Position numbers and translations under genes: made by a program
Assembly (NCBI GenBank): GCA_964247055.1
Contig: OZ176050.1
Location: 14,942,001-15,006,000 of the forward strand
Reading direction: 5' to 3'
Length of the DNA stretch: 64,000 nt
From: Paragordius varius
Taxonomy: Eukaryota > Animalia > Nematomorpha
Notes under the pieces: generated by a model
Databases searched by the model: none
What the model saw: only the letters and a program-made list of their open reading frames with translations
What the model was told of the DNA's origin: nothing
Part shown: piece after piece, positions 24,881 to 38,800 of the stretch
How positions within the stretch are numbered: the first letter of the stretch is position 1
Layout: every line of letters begins with the position of its first letter

Positions 24881-26101
24881 TTTTTTCGTCAGTTGTTTTT
24901 TCTTAAAAAAATGTTGCGGTTGGTTGAAAAAGTTGGTTTTGACTGAAAAACGATTACCTGTATATGGAACAATTGTTGGTTATTGTGGCCGTTAAAAATT
25001 ATTTTATTCGTCCCGTGAAAAATCGTAAAAATTTCCAATTTTCGTTCAACCTTGTGTAAATATACATTATGTATTAAAATTATGAAAACCTAAAAATTAA
25101 AAGTGAAGTATTTTATTATTTAACCATATTTTTACAAATGCAAATACTTAAAAATTCATTATAATACATTTGATATAGAAAATATCCAGTTTAAATAGTA
25201 TGGTTTTATGTTCGAAAGCAATTTTATCTTCTATTTTTGCGTTTTGTCTCTATAATTAAAATATTTAGTAGTGTAATTAACAGTATTGTTAAATTTCGCA
25301 TTTTGTTATAATCCATATAAGCTCTAAATATAGATTGGTTTTCACCGGATAGATCGGTATTGTTCCAGGTCATAAACCTGAGCCTAATAATATTTTTCAA
25401 AAATTGTGTAACTTATACCCTTTAAAAAAGCATTTTTAATTAAAATTGAATTTTGAAAAAATAACTCCAAAGCAAAAATAATTAATCAGTCAATGTAATA
25501 GTTTTTTAAACATTAATTATAAATTTTTCCATTAACTCTAACATTTTACGATATACCAAAAATTTATCATACATTTCAGTATCCAATCAAATTATTTTTA
25601 TTAGTTCATTTATCAAATAAATCACCCATGAGTTTATGTCCTTTTCAAACAAGTCGTATATTATTAACTTTGACAAATAGATTTCATCACAGAAAAATGT
25701 TAGAAATTTTGGCTAATATATCGTGACCTTATTTATATGTTAAATATTTTTCAGCTCAATCACAACAACTGAAATTATTTTGGAAAATATATATGGTTAG
25801 CAGAAATGTATATATGAATTTTTATTTTGTTATAATGGTTAAAAATATCACATAATGATTAATTAAATACGATCGTCTCTGTTTTTTAATTTTATTTGTA
25901 TTGGTGAATATTATATCATAATTTTTATCGATATTTCCGATCAAAAAATAATAGAATAAAAAGTAATTGTAAAGTGATTGGCATGATCTGTTATAAAATT
26001 ATCATACATAACATATATAATTCATAAATACAATTGATTAGTTATTAAATTTCCCAACCCCAAATTTTTTTTTTGAAAAAAGCAAAATATTGAATTTCGT
26101 C

Positions 26102-28284
26102 ATGTATGAAATGAATAGTGTATATTCGATTGATGCTTGTAGTAGAAACAATGTGAATCACCCTAATTACAATCCAACATCTAAAATTGAAACGTCCAGT
26201 ATTGTTCCCCAATCTAATGTAAGAACCGATGAATATTACGAGACATTCCGACATGACCGCTACAAATTGTGTGTCGAATCTAATTACTTTATGGACACGC
26301 CTATTTCAAGCACCACTAATTATGCAAGCATAAATCGCAATAGTATATCAGTGGCTATCAGCTCATTTTACGAACAAAAAGTTTTAGGGCGGAAGCAGGC
26401 CCTGTCCACAGCTATACAGGAGATGGCCCCCGTTATTTGTGATTTGTTGAAAGAAATCGAGAAATCTGAGCCGCGGTTTGTTAGTTCCCTAAATTACGAT
26501 GAAACGAGCGGGCGATTTGATGGATTAACTGTTGTGGGGGGAACGCTGGCTGCTTTTAATTTAACTGATAATTCTGAAAAGTTGGAGAAGCATTTTAACA
26601 CTAACCTATTAAGTCCTCCCAATTATATGATATGTTTGGAGGTTAACTTATTCCTCAATCAAATGGGCGTCTTTAATTTCGTTGATGATGGGAATAGCCC
26701 AGGGTGCTCGGTCCTTAAGCTTAGCGATGGCCGAAAAAGGTCTATGTCTCTTTGGGTTGAATTTATAACTGCATCGGGATTTTTGTCAGCCCGTAAAATC
26801 AGGGCTAGATTTCATTCGCTTCTTATTGATGCTTGTGCTAAAATTGAGGGGATATACGGCAAGACAGGTGGGAATACCACTGATGGTAACCCGAATCGTA
26901 ATACGAAACCTATTATAAAGATTTTCGCGTCCACTGAGCCCTATGTAGAATCTGTATGTTCTTCCTCTACTAACAAACTCTTATATTCAGAAACTTATAA
27001 GCCAGACCCATTTAACAATTCATCATTATCATCCATTTATCCTTTGTGCAATGAAAATTTTTCTGGAACATCCTTTGAGAATAATGATGAAGATAGTCTT
27101 AATTTTGAAAAGACCAAACAAAATATTCATAACACCACAAACGGGGACGTTACACTCACGCTTTGGGACAAATACCACGTAACCATTGTTCCAGCCTTTA
27201 GGTGTCCGGGGATGTGGCCTTTAAGTGCTAATGCTTGGCCTTATAACAGAATATCTAGGCACCATTTATCAAATGGATCTGGTGTTTCTAACAATAAAAA
27301 CGAGACTACGTCCACAGCTGTTCCAATCGGATTGCCGTTTTTGGAGCCTAAGATATCGCTATGGCCTAATCAAGACCTCATAAGTAAGGCAAAATCAAAA
27401 GGATTCTTACTTATTTCCAGGGAACCGCAAAATTATACGACGCTCAACAAACAGCTACAAACTGAAACAACCAAACCCCCGTTTGGAAATAGTGATAACA
27501 CATGTAAGGCAAACAATCTAATAAATACCAGCACTAAAACCGTCTCTATACCCCAATTACCGCCATGTTTGGCTGATGAGAAATTTTCACTTGCAAATAG
27601 TTTGATGTTTGAAGGTGACACTTGGCTCATGACTTTCACTGAGGCCGAAAACATTTTACTGGAGGGCGGTTGCCGGAAAATTATTTTTCAAATACTTAAA
27701 ACTTTAAGAGATCGTCATTTGAATGAAATACCTGGTTAATTTATTCATTTTCTTATATATTTTGTTTTATTTGTTAAATGGCTAAGAACCTTTTTTGATT
27801 ATATGTTTAGTATTAAATATTTTTTAGAAAATACATGTATATTTTTTTCGTAGGTAAACCAATTAGTGTATATGTACTTAAAACGTTGCTCCTGTTTGAA
27901 TGTGAAAAACATCCTTACGATTTTGAATGGGATTGGCATATGGCCTCACCAACCCCCATAATAAGCCCGACAGAAAATTTAACAGGACAATGGACAAGAG
28001 ATTCAAAATGCAATTCTCTCTATCAACCATATTCAGAGCAATCTGAGACAGCGTTAAAAGCCTATACAATACCTCGCAATCCACTGGTTTTAGATCGAAT
28101 TATTGGCGTTTTGAATCAACTTTTACATTGTTTAGGGACTAAAAAGTGTCCCCATTATTTTTTACCGGCAGTCGATCTTTTCAAGGAATACCCCAGCCTT
28201 TGTTTAACGCTTGCGACAAGGGAAGTTTGGAAACTTTTGCGAAAAATAACTTTTAGTCCGGAACATTGTTGGAAACATTTATGA
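26102..28284 (+). CDS. mab-21: Mab-21 family protein (MAB21L1/2 orthologue) with large insertions, 2 exons, ~687 aa
   Basis: Exons 26102-27734 and 27854-28284 (GT-AG, 119-nt intron); near-identical hallmark blocks LNQMGVFNFVDDG..PGC.VLKLSDGRKRSMSLWVEFITASG.LSARKIR, ILKTLRDRHL, ECEKHP, CPHYFLP. Confidence 0.95.
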
Positions 28285-29160
28285 ATCAAGAGTATGTGAT
28301 AAATGCCTCTTAAATGCCAATTACATAAATTAAATAAATCAAATAAATGTTATTAAGATAAAAGAGTTATTTTAATGCTTGGATTCAAATAGAACAATTG
28401 ACGCCTTTAGACCAAGTCTAAAGTATATAAAATACTAGGAAAAAGGTCGGCCACAGTTTAAATTTATGTGTTTACCTTGATAAAAATTATATAAATATGC
28501 TAAATTATGATAAAAGTTTCACAACAAACTACTTTGAAGCCATTTTTTATTTTGCAACTTTTTAGCAAAATATCGTGTTTTTTTGATTCTAGCGCTAAAA
28601 TTTATATACTATTTTAAAGTGACATTAACATTAATATTGACAGAAAAAAATTGCATTAAATTTTGTTAATGTACTCCTGTCATAATTTTTGCCTCGATAT
28701 CACCCATTAGATAAGTAATATTTATCATTTTTTTGAAATGCTTTCAATAAATTCCATATGATTAAAAAATTTGTTTTAACACGTCTGGGGTCGTTAACTA
28801 CCTGAATTTGAATCGAAAGACATGTAGACACAATTTTTAAATGTTTGCCATAGTTTATCCTATTTAAATAAATTTTAATAAATATCAAAAAATTTTATAT
28901 ATTAAAATATAAAAAAAATTGTAAAATACGGTATAATAACTTTCATTACATAAATTTTATTTTCTCCTAAACTTTTAATTTTATATATCATTTTAAGAAA
29001 ATTTATAACCAACAACTGTATAATATATATATCCTATTTTGATCTATTTTAATTTTTTCTATTAAAAAATGTAATTTATCAAAAATGATACATTACCTAA
29101 CTTTGCGAGTAAAGATGTAAAAGATAAATATATATCAATTAATATTATGTATATTTATAT

Positions 29161-29306
29161 AGTAGCGTATAGCATAAAACATTATTAGTCCATAAAAAAA
29201 TATAAAATTGTTTTCAAGCCTAGTTGTATATACACATATCCATAATATCCCCTTTTTTAAACATTTTTTATGGACTAATAATGTTTTATGCCATACGCTA
29301 CTGTAT
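29161..29306. mobile_element. Short palindromic MITE
   Basis: TAGTAGCGTATAGCATAAAACATTATTAGTCCATAAAAA ... TTTTTATGGACTAATAATGTTTTATGCCATACGCTACTGTA; a related end pair lies at ~33353-33450. Confidence 0.6.
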
Positions 29307-29881
29307 TCAAACGGAACCACTATTATAACACCCCCTTTGTACCATTTAGATAAATATTTTAAGTATATTATCATTTTTTTAATGACACGCGTCTTCATAA
29401 AATATCAACTAACAACTTTAACATGATCTTAAATATGTCGCTAGTTAATAAACAGTATTATATTACAAAAAAACTTCGATATTCAATTCATCAAAAAACT
29501 AAAGTTAATTTTAACAAATAATACCAAAACAAATTACATTAAATATTTTATATCGAAAACGTTTTTAAAAAAAAAATATTTTTTTTAAACCCGAGGAACT
29601 TTCAGTATAAAAACATTGTAAATTTAAGTTGTATGATTTTGAAATATAGTTTACACAAATTTTTCATTTTTAATTATTGTTATAGGTTAGCTCAAATATA
29701 AAAAATGTCAAGGTGTACATATATATATATATATATGCATGATATGTGTACTTTATGACCATCTTTAGCGTTTAAAAACATTATTTTAAAATTGTGACCT
29801 CTCTAAATATATCATTTATCTAATATAATCTCACCATTTTTTTGAAATAAATTTAGTCTATCGACCATACCTTAAAACGCA

Positions 29882-30130
29882 ATGATATTCAATACAATAT
29901 GGTTTTCTATTCTTTTGCTTAGTGCTTTAAAAATAAAATTTAGCCATTCGAATTGCCACGTTTTACCAAAAACTACAACTCAAACCCCTACAAGCAGTAT
30001 AACACCATCAGGTACTAAAATACAGAAAATGGTAGATGGCACAGTATCTACACCACATTCTTCTCAAAATATTCCTTCAAAGACGACGAAAGATCCATTG
30101 ATGGAGTATTTTGAGAAAACGGTTGGATAA
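29882..30130 (+). CDS. Candidate small secreted Thr/Ser/Pro-rich protein or first exon
   Basis: ATG-initiated 82-aa ORF with a hydrophobic N-terminus (MIFNTIWFSILLLSAL) and a T/S/P-rich body; GC-richer than flanks. Confidence 0.4.
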   Translation: MIFNTIWFSILLLSALKIKFSHSNCHVLPKTTTQTPTSSITPSGTKIQKMVDGTVSTPHSSQNIPSKTTKDPLMEYFEKTVG

Positions 30131-30361
30131 CAGATAAAAGTTAACAAAGATTTAGTATATATTTGATTTCGATTCACAACTTTATATGTCTTAATATTCT
30201 TGAAATATTAAATTTTTATAGAGTTTTATCAAAAGATTTATTCAGTAAAATTTTAAATTATTTGGACAAAATATCAAAATACAAAGAAAAATATTTTTTT
30301 CCAAAAGATAACCAATTTTTTTGATTTTTTTAGATATAACTCATTGTTTTATACTGTAAAG

Positions 30362-32676
30362 CAGTAGTACTCACCAAAAAAATTTGACGGGCCAAATAAA
30401 ATATATTTTTTTTTCAAGGGCCATGAACCTTATAATGGCAAATATTCCATAGAATTTGACACATATGCACTTTAAACTCTAAATCAGCACGATGGTTTTT
30501 GCGGATCGCATGTGAATCCAGCTAAAAACTCTTTTGGCACCATTTTTAAAAAAATTAAAATATTTTGATAACAACATTTACTTTGATACTAACCAATAAT
30601 TTGACGAATTTGGTTGCGCTTTATGCAGGCCAATCTTAATACGTCGCCCATATGATCATCGGTTAGGCGATTTCTGTATGTATTCTTGACTACTACATTT
30701 TTGAATATGTCGTCTAACACGTGTAAGTTGAGGGAATAACATTTAGGATAACTTTACCACATTTTCCTAAAATTTCATATTTATTTGGCACATCTTGCCA
30801 AAACTATATCTTTCTCTATTCTCCTTGAATATAGCCTCATTGGAATCATTTTTAAAATGTACGAATTTTTATGCGACTGATAACCACAATGTTCAAGTCT
30901 ATTAATATTGGATATATCCATATGCCATGAATTTTCATTAAGTTTTAAGCAATTTTTAATATTTCCAAATTCTTGAATTATTAAATTAAATTCCGCGGTA
31001 AATTCCATATTTTATTTAAAAATCTTGTTTATATTTTATTAATTTTTCTTCAAATGCAAATATTTGATTAGAAAATTGGGTTATTATTTTGCTCCCATGA
31101 AGATTTGTATTAAAAATACTTAGTTTATTTGTATTGTCGCAAAGGTAGGCTATAAAACCACCATTTGTCACTTAATTTCCTCGTCAAACTATCTGTTATC
31201 ATTTATAAATAATAGAATATCATGTCTTAAAACAATAATTTTTTTAATACTTTGTTAAGGCTTAGCTACCTCACAGCGGTGTGCAAAATATCATCAAAAG
31301 TGGATATCTTTCAGAAGATTTTCAAATTTACGGCGGTACTCTCTGTCACGGTTGTAATTCACTCTATCCATACATACTAAATTGATATCATCCTTTTACA
31401 CGCGAAACCAAGTTAAACAGATGAAAGCATTCAAAGGATAAAATATTTTTCAAATTATATTTTTAAAAAGAGAAATAAATCTTTTGTTAATTACAATCAT
31501 AGAGGAACATTAACCAATGCAAATCAAAACCAATTTTTTTATGGATATACCATTATTATCGAAAAAAGTGATAATTATTTTAAGAAAATCCCTTCCTTTC
31601 GTGGTATTATTCATTAGTAAATATTTTAAATATTCCTCGTTGATTATGTCGTTGCAAAATCTCACGAAGAGTGCGCATAGAGGTGTTAAACTGTGCTAGA
31701 ATTAATAGCAATAATAAAATATTTTCAGTATTTCAGAGCCAATAATGTATTGTTAAAAATATATTTAGACATATCTTCAATGAGTCGCAAATGTTGAATC
31801 AGAAAGTTGAAGATTTGCTTCATGATTTGATCTTTATTATGGAATTTATCAAATAAAAAAGTGCAACCATTTAATGGACATTCTTTTATTAGTTGGGAAT
31901 CAGTAAACAGTTTCTTTTTTTTCCTAAAATATAGTAAATTCCATAGAAGTTAATGTTACAGCTTTTTCCTGCGGGAAAGCAAACTTTCTGGTATAATTTA
32001 TAATCTTTTTATATTTTTCGTTTCTTCTCTCATGTTCTGGAATTAATGAGAATGATGGGATTGTAAAATGTCTTTCAACATTGTATTTTTTAATAATTAT
32101 GTTAACATATAAGGCAGTTGACAATATTTTTATTAAAAACGACAAAGATTTTTTCCCATTTTTTTAAGGAGCGATTTTCATCGAATAATTTACGTTCTTT
32201 AGCATTAGATGTCGTTTGAATTTATGTTTAATATGGAATGATATAATTTGAATTATGCTAGAAAAAAACAGGTCGAAATTTAATAATGATTTGCAAAATA
32301 TTTTATGGCAATTAAAAAATGATGCAGGAGGCAATGAAAAGAATATGTATATGCAATTTGGGTAAAAGGCTTGCTTAAATACAAAAAAGGTATGCAATAA
32401 ATATTTGAAAATAGTAAAATAGAATACAAAACAACTTGTGTCAAAATTTTGAAATCATTATAATGTAGGGAAATTTTTCTACATTTCAAATTAGGTAAAA
32501 AATAAAAATACCATATTTATATCTAAAGAAAATAAATTAATATTAAAAGCGAAAACTCGTTTGTTTATTTTAAAAAATCATCGATAAAAAAATAATTTGT
32601 ATCAATATGGTCATAGCATAGGGCAATTTTAAGGCACTCTTAGGGCCGCATGCGGCCCGCGGTTTGAGTACCACTG
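30362..32676 (-). mobile_element. hAT (Charlie/SPIN-like) DNA transposon, decayed transposase
   Basis: TIRs CAGTAGTACTCA.../...TGAGTACCACTG; perfect 8-bp TSD CTGTAAAG at 30354-30361 and 32677-32684; transposase fragments; same ends as 56879-59342 in the opposite orientation. Confidence 0.9.
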
Positions 32677-32861
32677 CTGTAAAGCATAGAGATGTAAATT
32701 GGTAATAAAATCAATTACATATTTTACAATTGTAATTAAATGTTTTATATTTAAAATTTGATATTTATATTTTTACGTTTTGTCCGTATAATTTTAATTT
32801 TATCTGTAAAATAACTATAAACTGATGTTTTGGGTGTATTATGATTACTAAATTATAACCT

Positions 32862-33882
32862 TCAAAACCACTCATTAATATCCAATGCAGCACTTTACGC
32901 CGAAACAAAATGCATTCCCTTAGAATACGCTATCCCCCTAGCAGGATTAAATGTTATGGCACATCAAATTAAAAGATCTAACATAGGCCCACTGTGGGAA
33001 GCGCTATCATGGAAAGATAATAACACCGAAAATTACAAACAAAACAAAACTACTTGGCTAGGACGCATCTTAACATTCCTTTCAAGATTCGATCTGAATG
33101 AAAACAAATTTATTCAGTTAGTCAAACAAAACAATTGGAAGAAAACGGCCGAAGAATGCAAATTACAAATAATTGCTATGTGTTTGTTAGACCACGAGGA
33201 AAAGAAAGAACAAAAAAAGCTTAGAAAAATTAAAAAATCAAGAACCGATAATGATAATATGTGGATAACGCTTACACTCGAGACCTTAGGGTTCCTTTTT
33301 CTCTTTATTCTACTTTGCGAAATTTAAAAAAAAAATATATATATATATATAGTACAGTAGCATATGGTAAATAATTCAAATAAAATAAAGTTATAATTAA
33401 TTAAAATTAGGTTACAAATCTTAATCTTTTCTTACCATACGCTACTGTATATAACGAATTTAATTTCCAAAACAGTCTAAACTTATAATAATTTTAAAAT
33501 AAATTTTTGGAACTTTAAAAACTGTACCTTAAATAAATACGATAACACTAACTGAATCAAAATACTTTACGTACATCAAACATTTTATTGCAAATAACTG
33601 GATTTAGAAACAACCATTTTTTTTTTCTCCTTTGAAAATAACTAATTAAAACATCCATAAAATATAAATAAAAAAATATTTCAATATAATAAAGGTAATC
33701 CTAATAAATTTTTTGAATAAATATAAACAGATATAACTTTAAATATAACTTCCTTATTTATATTAGAATAAATCAAACTTTTGTAATCAATGCCCCGTGA
33801 AGGCTATGCTGTGAAGGGGATTGGGGAGTCTTGTGCAGACTGAAACTGTCAAGTTAGATTGATCTTGTTTCACCCCTGATAC
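32862..33882 (+). mobile_element. 5'-truncated non-LTR retrotransposon fragment
   Basis: Flanked by a 20-bp direct repeat TGATTACTAAATTATAACCT (32842-32861, 33883-33902); opens in a frame reading SNAALYAETKCIPL..., resembling post-RT C-terminal regions. Confidence 0.55.
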
Positions 33883-35806
33883 TGATTACTAAATTATAAC
33901 CTAGAAACTATCGATTTTCTAAATAAGGGGCAACTAACATCCGGCCCCAGATATTTTGTGCGGAAGAGTTTGTAAAAATATTCTATTTGAAATCTCATCA
34001 CACAAAAGAATACCCTGATGAAATACATTTCTTGAGTGGGTACCTTTAGTTTTGAGTCTGAATATTACAAGAACTTTGCATTTTTGTGCTAATTTCTCGA
34101 TATCGAAAAAATTAGCGCACATTATATCAAATATATTTAAAAAGCAAAAATACTTAAATTGAAAAAAAACTTTTAGGCGTGGGCTCCTAAACTCAGATTT
34201 CAAATACCTCCGAAACGGGCGATTTTTTAATACACAGAAATGCCGAGATCGCGCGAAAATAATTTTCAATAAATGCTAGAGTATGACATCAAAAAGAAAT
34301 TTTTTGAAAAGCATACATTTTTTTACAAAATTAAAATTTTGGCAAAATTTTGTTGAAGCGTGCTTTATGGAATTTCGATGCTTAGGAAAAACAGTTTAAA
34401 TCTGTTTTAAGATGTTGTAAATGCACTTTATCTATATGGTTTCATGATGCTGAACATTTCTATCACCTAAATTTTGATTCAAATAATTTCCTTTGAAATT
34501 TAATTTTTGTGTTTTTTTACAAAATGATGCTGAATTTTAAAGTAAATCATTAAGATAGGGTGATAGAAATGTTCAGCATCATCCTATTTTATAGAAAATG
34601 CTTCATGGTAGTGTGCATTCGGATTTCGATATGCATTAAAGATATGAAAAAATTGGAAAAAATGGGGAAAATAACTATATTCTTCTCATAATCATAATAA
34701 TTTTTACTGCTCATCTTTTATTTACAAATAAAATGTTAAAAGAAAAATATATGATAGTTTGCCAGCTAAAAACATTTTGTTTTCTAATATTGAAACGAAG
34801 TGTACCGTCGCATTAATACATGTTGCAATAAACAATATAATTAATTTTTTGGCTTGTGATGAGCACAGAAATATTTGACGCATCCAAACTTGCTATATGT
34901 GATGCTCGTAAGAAATTATTGGAACATATTAAAAAGGGAGGAGATATGATTATATTTTTAAAACACATCCATAGAGCCTCACGACAAACCAATCAGTTTC
35001 ATCATTTGAAGTTCCAAGAAATAAAAGCAAAGCTTTTTCAAAACATTATTTTATCAATCTTTCGAATACATTGTTCTGGGTATGTGTTAACAAATATGTT
35101 TAAAACTCTTTCCCTGTGATACTAGATTTCGGAGAATTGGAAAAAATGCGGGTTTAGATATCCGATACTTAGCTAATTTATAACAAAATGGCAACATTCC
35201 TACAATAATTCTGTAAATTCAATACAATCCTATGTTAAAAACTAATAAAATTTTTATTTAGGCTCATTTTCGTTTATATAAATAGAGCCCTCCCATTTTT
35301 AGTAAATAGGCAAAATAATTTGGCTTAAGATCCCTGTTTTCTATCAAACATTAAGAAAAAGTATTTTAAAAAGTCATAAAATGAAATTTTAGGTAAACCA
35401 GGTATTTTAAAATATATGGGCAATAACAAGTATTTTATCAGATACAGTATTAATACTATACGAATAAAACCTAAAAATATAAAGACATTTTTTTTCCAAA
35501 GACAACATATTTTCTTAAACCTTAATTTTAACCGTATATTATTTGACTACAATTACTCTATTTCATACTTTGTAATTAATAATCATTTAATGATTTAATC
35601 AAAATTTATAACACTTTATATTTACGTTTTCCCCGTATAATTATTTTTTTATGTAATCCAAATTTTCTAATCATAATTGCAAAACTTCACATTTGATAAT
35701 TCCTTTATTTGACACCTCATGAGTTTTTATTAATACAATAATAATTAAAAGTATAAGAAAGAGTTTACCACAATAAAAATATAAAACAGGTTTGTAAAAT
35801 AATAAA

Positions 35807-38800
35807 TCATTTTTTAAATGTCATAGATTTGGTTCGACTATTAAGTTGAGTTGATAATGGTCTAACTATCTTTTTCGCATTCCCCGTTACATTTTTCAAA
35901 GAGTTTGGGGGGGTCTTGGTATCTAATATAAGATAATCAAATATAATTAGTTGAATATAAACTAAAATTTTGCATGAGAAACCCCAATTTAAAACGTTAA
36001 AAATACGAGAAATTACAAAAATTTCTTATTTCCATATATGTTATTAAATGTCTAAATTTTTATATGTCTCAACATTATACGGGGTTTAAACCCGATAGTG
36101 TCCATACTGTCCTGTTTAAAAAATTCAGATAACATAGGTTATAAAGAAAATAAAAAAATTTAATTAAAAAATGAAATTTTTTACAATTTATCAATGTTGT
36201 TTGTATTAATGAACTACACGTGTATTACTATCAAATTATTAACTACAGTAAAAATTATAATTTTACGGACAAAAAGTCAAAATATAAGAACAATTTTTTT
36301 GAAAAGACACCCACCGTACTTTTTTAAACTACAATTTATACTATTATTAGAATGTAATTAATACAATTGTAAGATATGTAATTGAAAAATACCAATGTAC
36401 ACATTTCTATTTTACATTTAGGGTTTAAAACAAAACATTGTTAATTTTATGTAATAAAATCAAGATTTAAAAAGTATGGTTTTGTATTAGAAAAATATAA
36501 TATTTATCTTTATATTTTTACGTTTTTGTCTGTTTTATATATTTAATGTAACTAATACTAATAAAAATTTGGTAAAAATATTACTAAATTTCGGATGAGG
36601 GTGGTTGATTTTAGGCGAAGCTTTGTTGTGAAGGATTGCATCGTATGAAATGGATTCAAAATCAAACGAATCCAATTGATTGAATAAAAGAGCGTTACAA
36701 TTTTTAAGGTCAGGTTCAGAATTTGTATGCAACATTGCATTGTCCCGTAACTCAGAAACGTTTTTCGATTCATTAACTATATATATATATATATCAAATA
36801 TATGGGTATAAAAAATAATATTTTTTAATTTTACTTACAATGTAGTCTATATATACCATTTACAATTCGAATTTACCTTAAATAAATTATGTGTTTTTTA
36901 AAATTAAAAATTACCTATATTTTTTAGTTTTGAAAATTAGCTATTGTTTAAAATTAATATAATACTAAAATAATAATATATATGGGTATAAAAAATGATA
37001 TTTTTTGTTTTGCGTAAAAAGTTATCATCACCCTTAAATAAATTATGTGTTTTTAGAATAAAAATTATTAAATTTAAAAAATGAAATTTTGTTTGAAATT
37101 AATATAATACTAAAAAAATAATATATATGGGTATAAAAAATAATATTTTTAATTTGGGTAAAAAGTAGTCTATATATACCATCTACAATTCAAATTCATC
37201 CTCGAACAATTCAAATTCACTCTGAATAAATTATGTTTTTTTTAAAGTTAAAAATTACCTATATTTTTTTATTTTTAAAAAATAAAATATAGTTTAAAAT
37301 TAATATAATACTAAAAAAATAATATATATGGGTATAAAAAATGATATTTTTTATTTTACATAAGCAAAGTCAATATATATACCATTTGCAATAATTCATC
37401 CTGGAATTCAAATTCACCCTCAAATAAATTGTGTTATTTTTTAAGTTAATATAATACTAAAAAAAATAAAAAATATGTCATAAGAATATATTTCATATTA
37501 ATTATGATTTATATTAGCCCGAAAACATATAATTTTAGGATGATTTTAAATTGTAAATGGTATAATTTTTAATAAAAAATTTGAAAATTATGTTAAAAAA
37601 TAATATATATTTTATGTGCACAAAATAAGTAACATAACAAAATTTTGCCCGTTTATAATCAAGATCTATCATTTTATTTTTTTTCAGCGAAAATATTTTT
37701 TATTACCACTAATAATTTATAAAAAAAAACATTGAAACCAGTAAATTAGTTTTGAAAAAAATCAAATTAATATAAGTAAAGTTAGTTAACTACATGCAAA
37801 TCAAAATTCACCACAAAGTATTTATTATATATATATACTAAACAGGCGGTTATATTCAAATTTGTAATCCCTGTACATATTTGCACATTTTTTAAATAGG
37901 CAAAGCGCGACAAAATAGTTCCAGCTTCGCCCTTTTGTAGTTAAATTGGTTTCAATTTTGATCATTATTTTATTACAATGTATGATTAATTAGGCATTTT
38001 CTATCCATTTAACTTAAAAAATATACTATTATAATTTCATATTTCATACAAATCGAGGAACCAAAAAAATTTTTTAAAACAAGTTAAAATCAAATAAAAA
38101 ATCAAACAATTTACTTTTAATTTTTTTGAGCGTATTAACGGGCGAAAGACCATTATTCATGGCTTGAATTTTAGCATTAGCACGGTTTTTCTTTTTACGA
38201 GCTTTTTTATTCAAGGGCCCATTTGAAGTTACGTGGTGATTTTCTGTACATTGACTTTCAACATTACATGCCAAAGGTTGGCTATTTACAAGTAAAAATT
38301 AAATATTTAAGGGTAAAGAGCGTAAAAATACTAAATGAAGAAAAATACTATTTTTAGGAAAACGGGTATCCCACATAAAATCCGTGAAATAGTTAAATAA
38401 TAGTGTTCAATGTAAACATACATACACATATATATATATATATTATATTTCAAAAACACATGATTGTTTTTAGGGTAAATTTAAATTGTTTATGGATGAA
38501 TTTGAACTGTAAATGGTATATTTACCAATCAATTTTTTTGAATATGCATACCACCGATTAGCAAGAACTTAAAAAAATTGTTATATAAACACTAAGTTTA
38601 CATTATAAAGTGACATGTGCTTAAAATCTATGTAATTATTTATGAATGCCCATATATATTATTAAGTCAAAAATGCGGCCAGCAAAGCCATGTGTTGAAC
38701 ACGCCTGCCTGGTTTAAGTGAATAATATGGTTATACACACTTTTTTTTACTAAAATACATATATTTGTCTTTATACTTTGGTTCCATATCTGTAGTTTTC

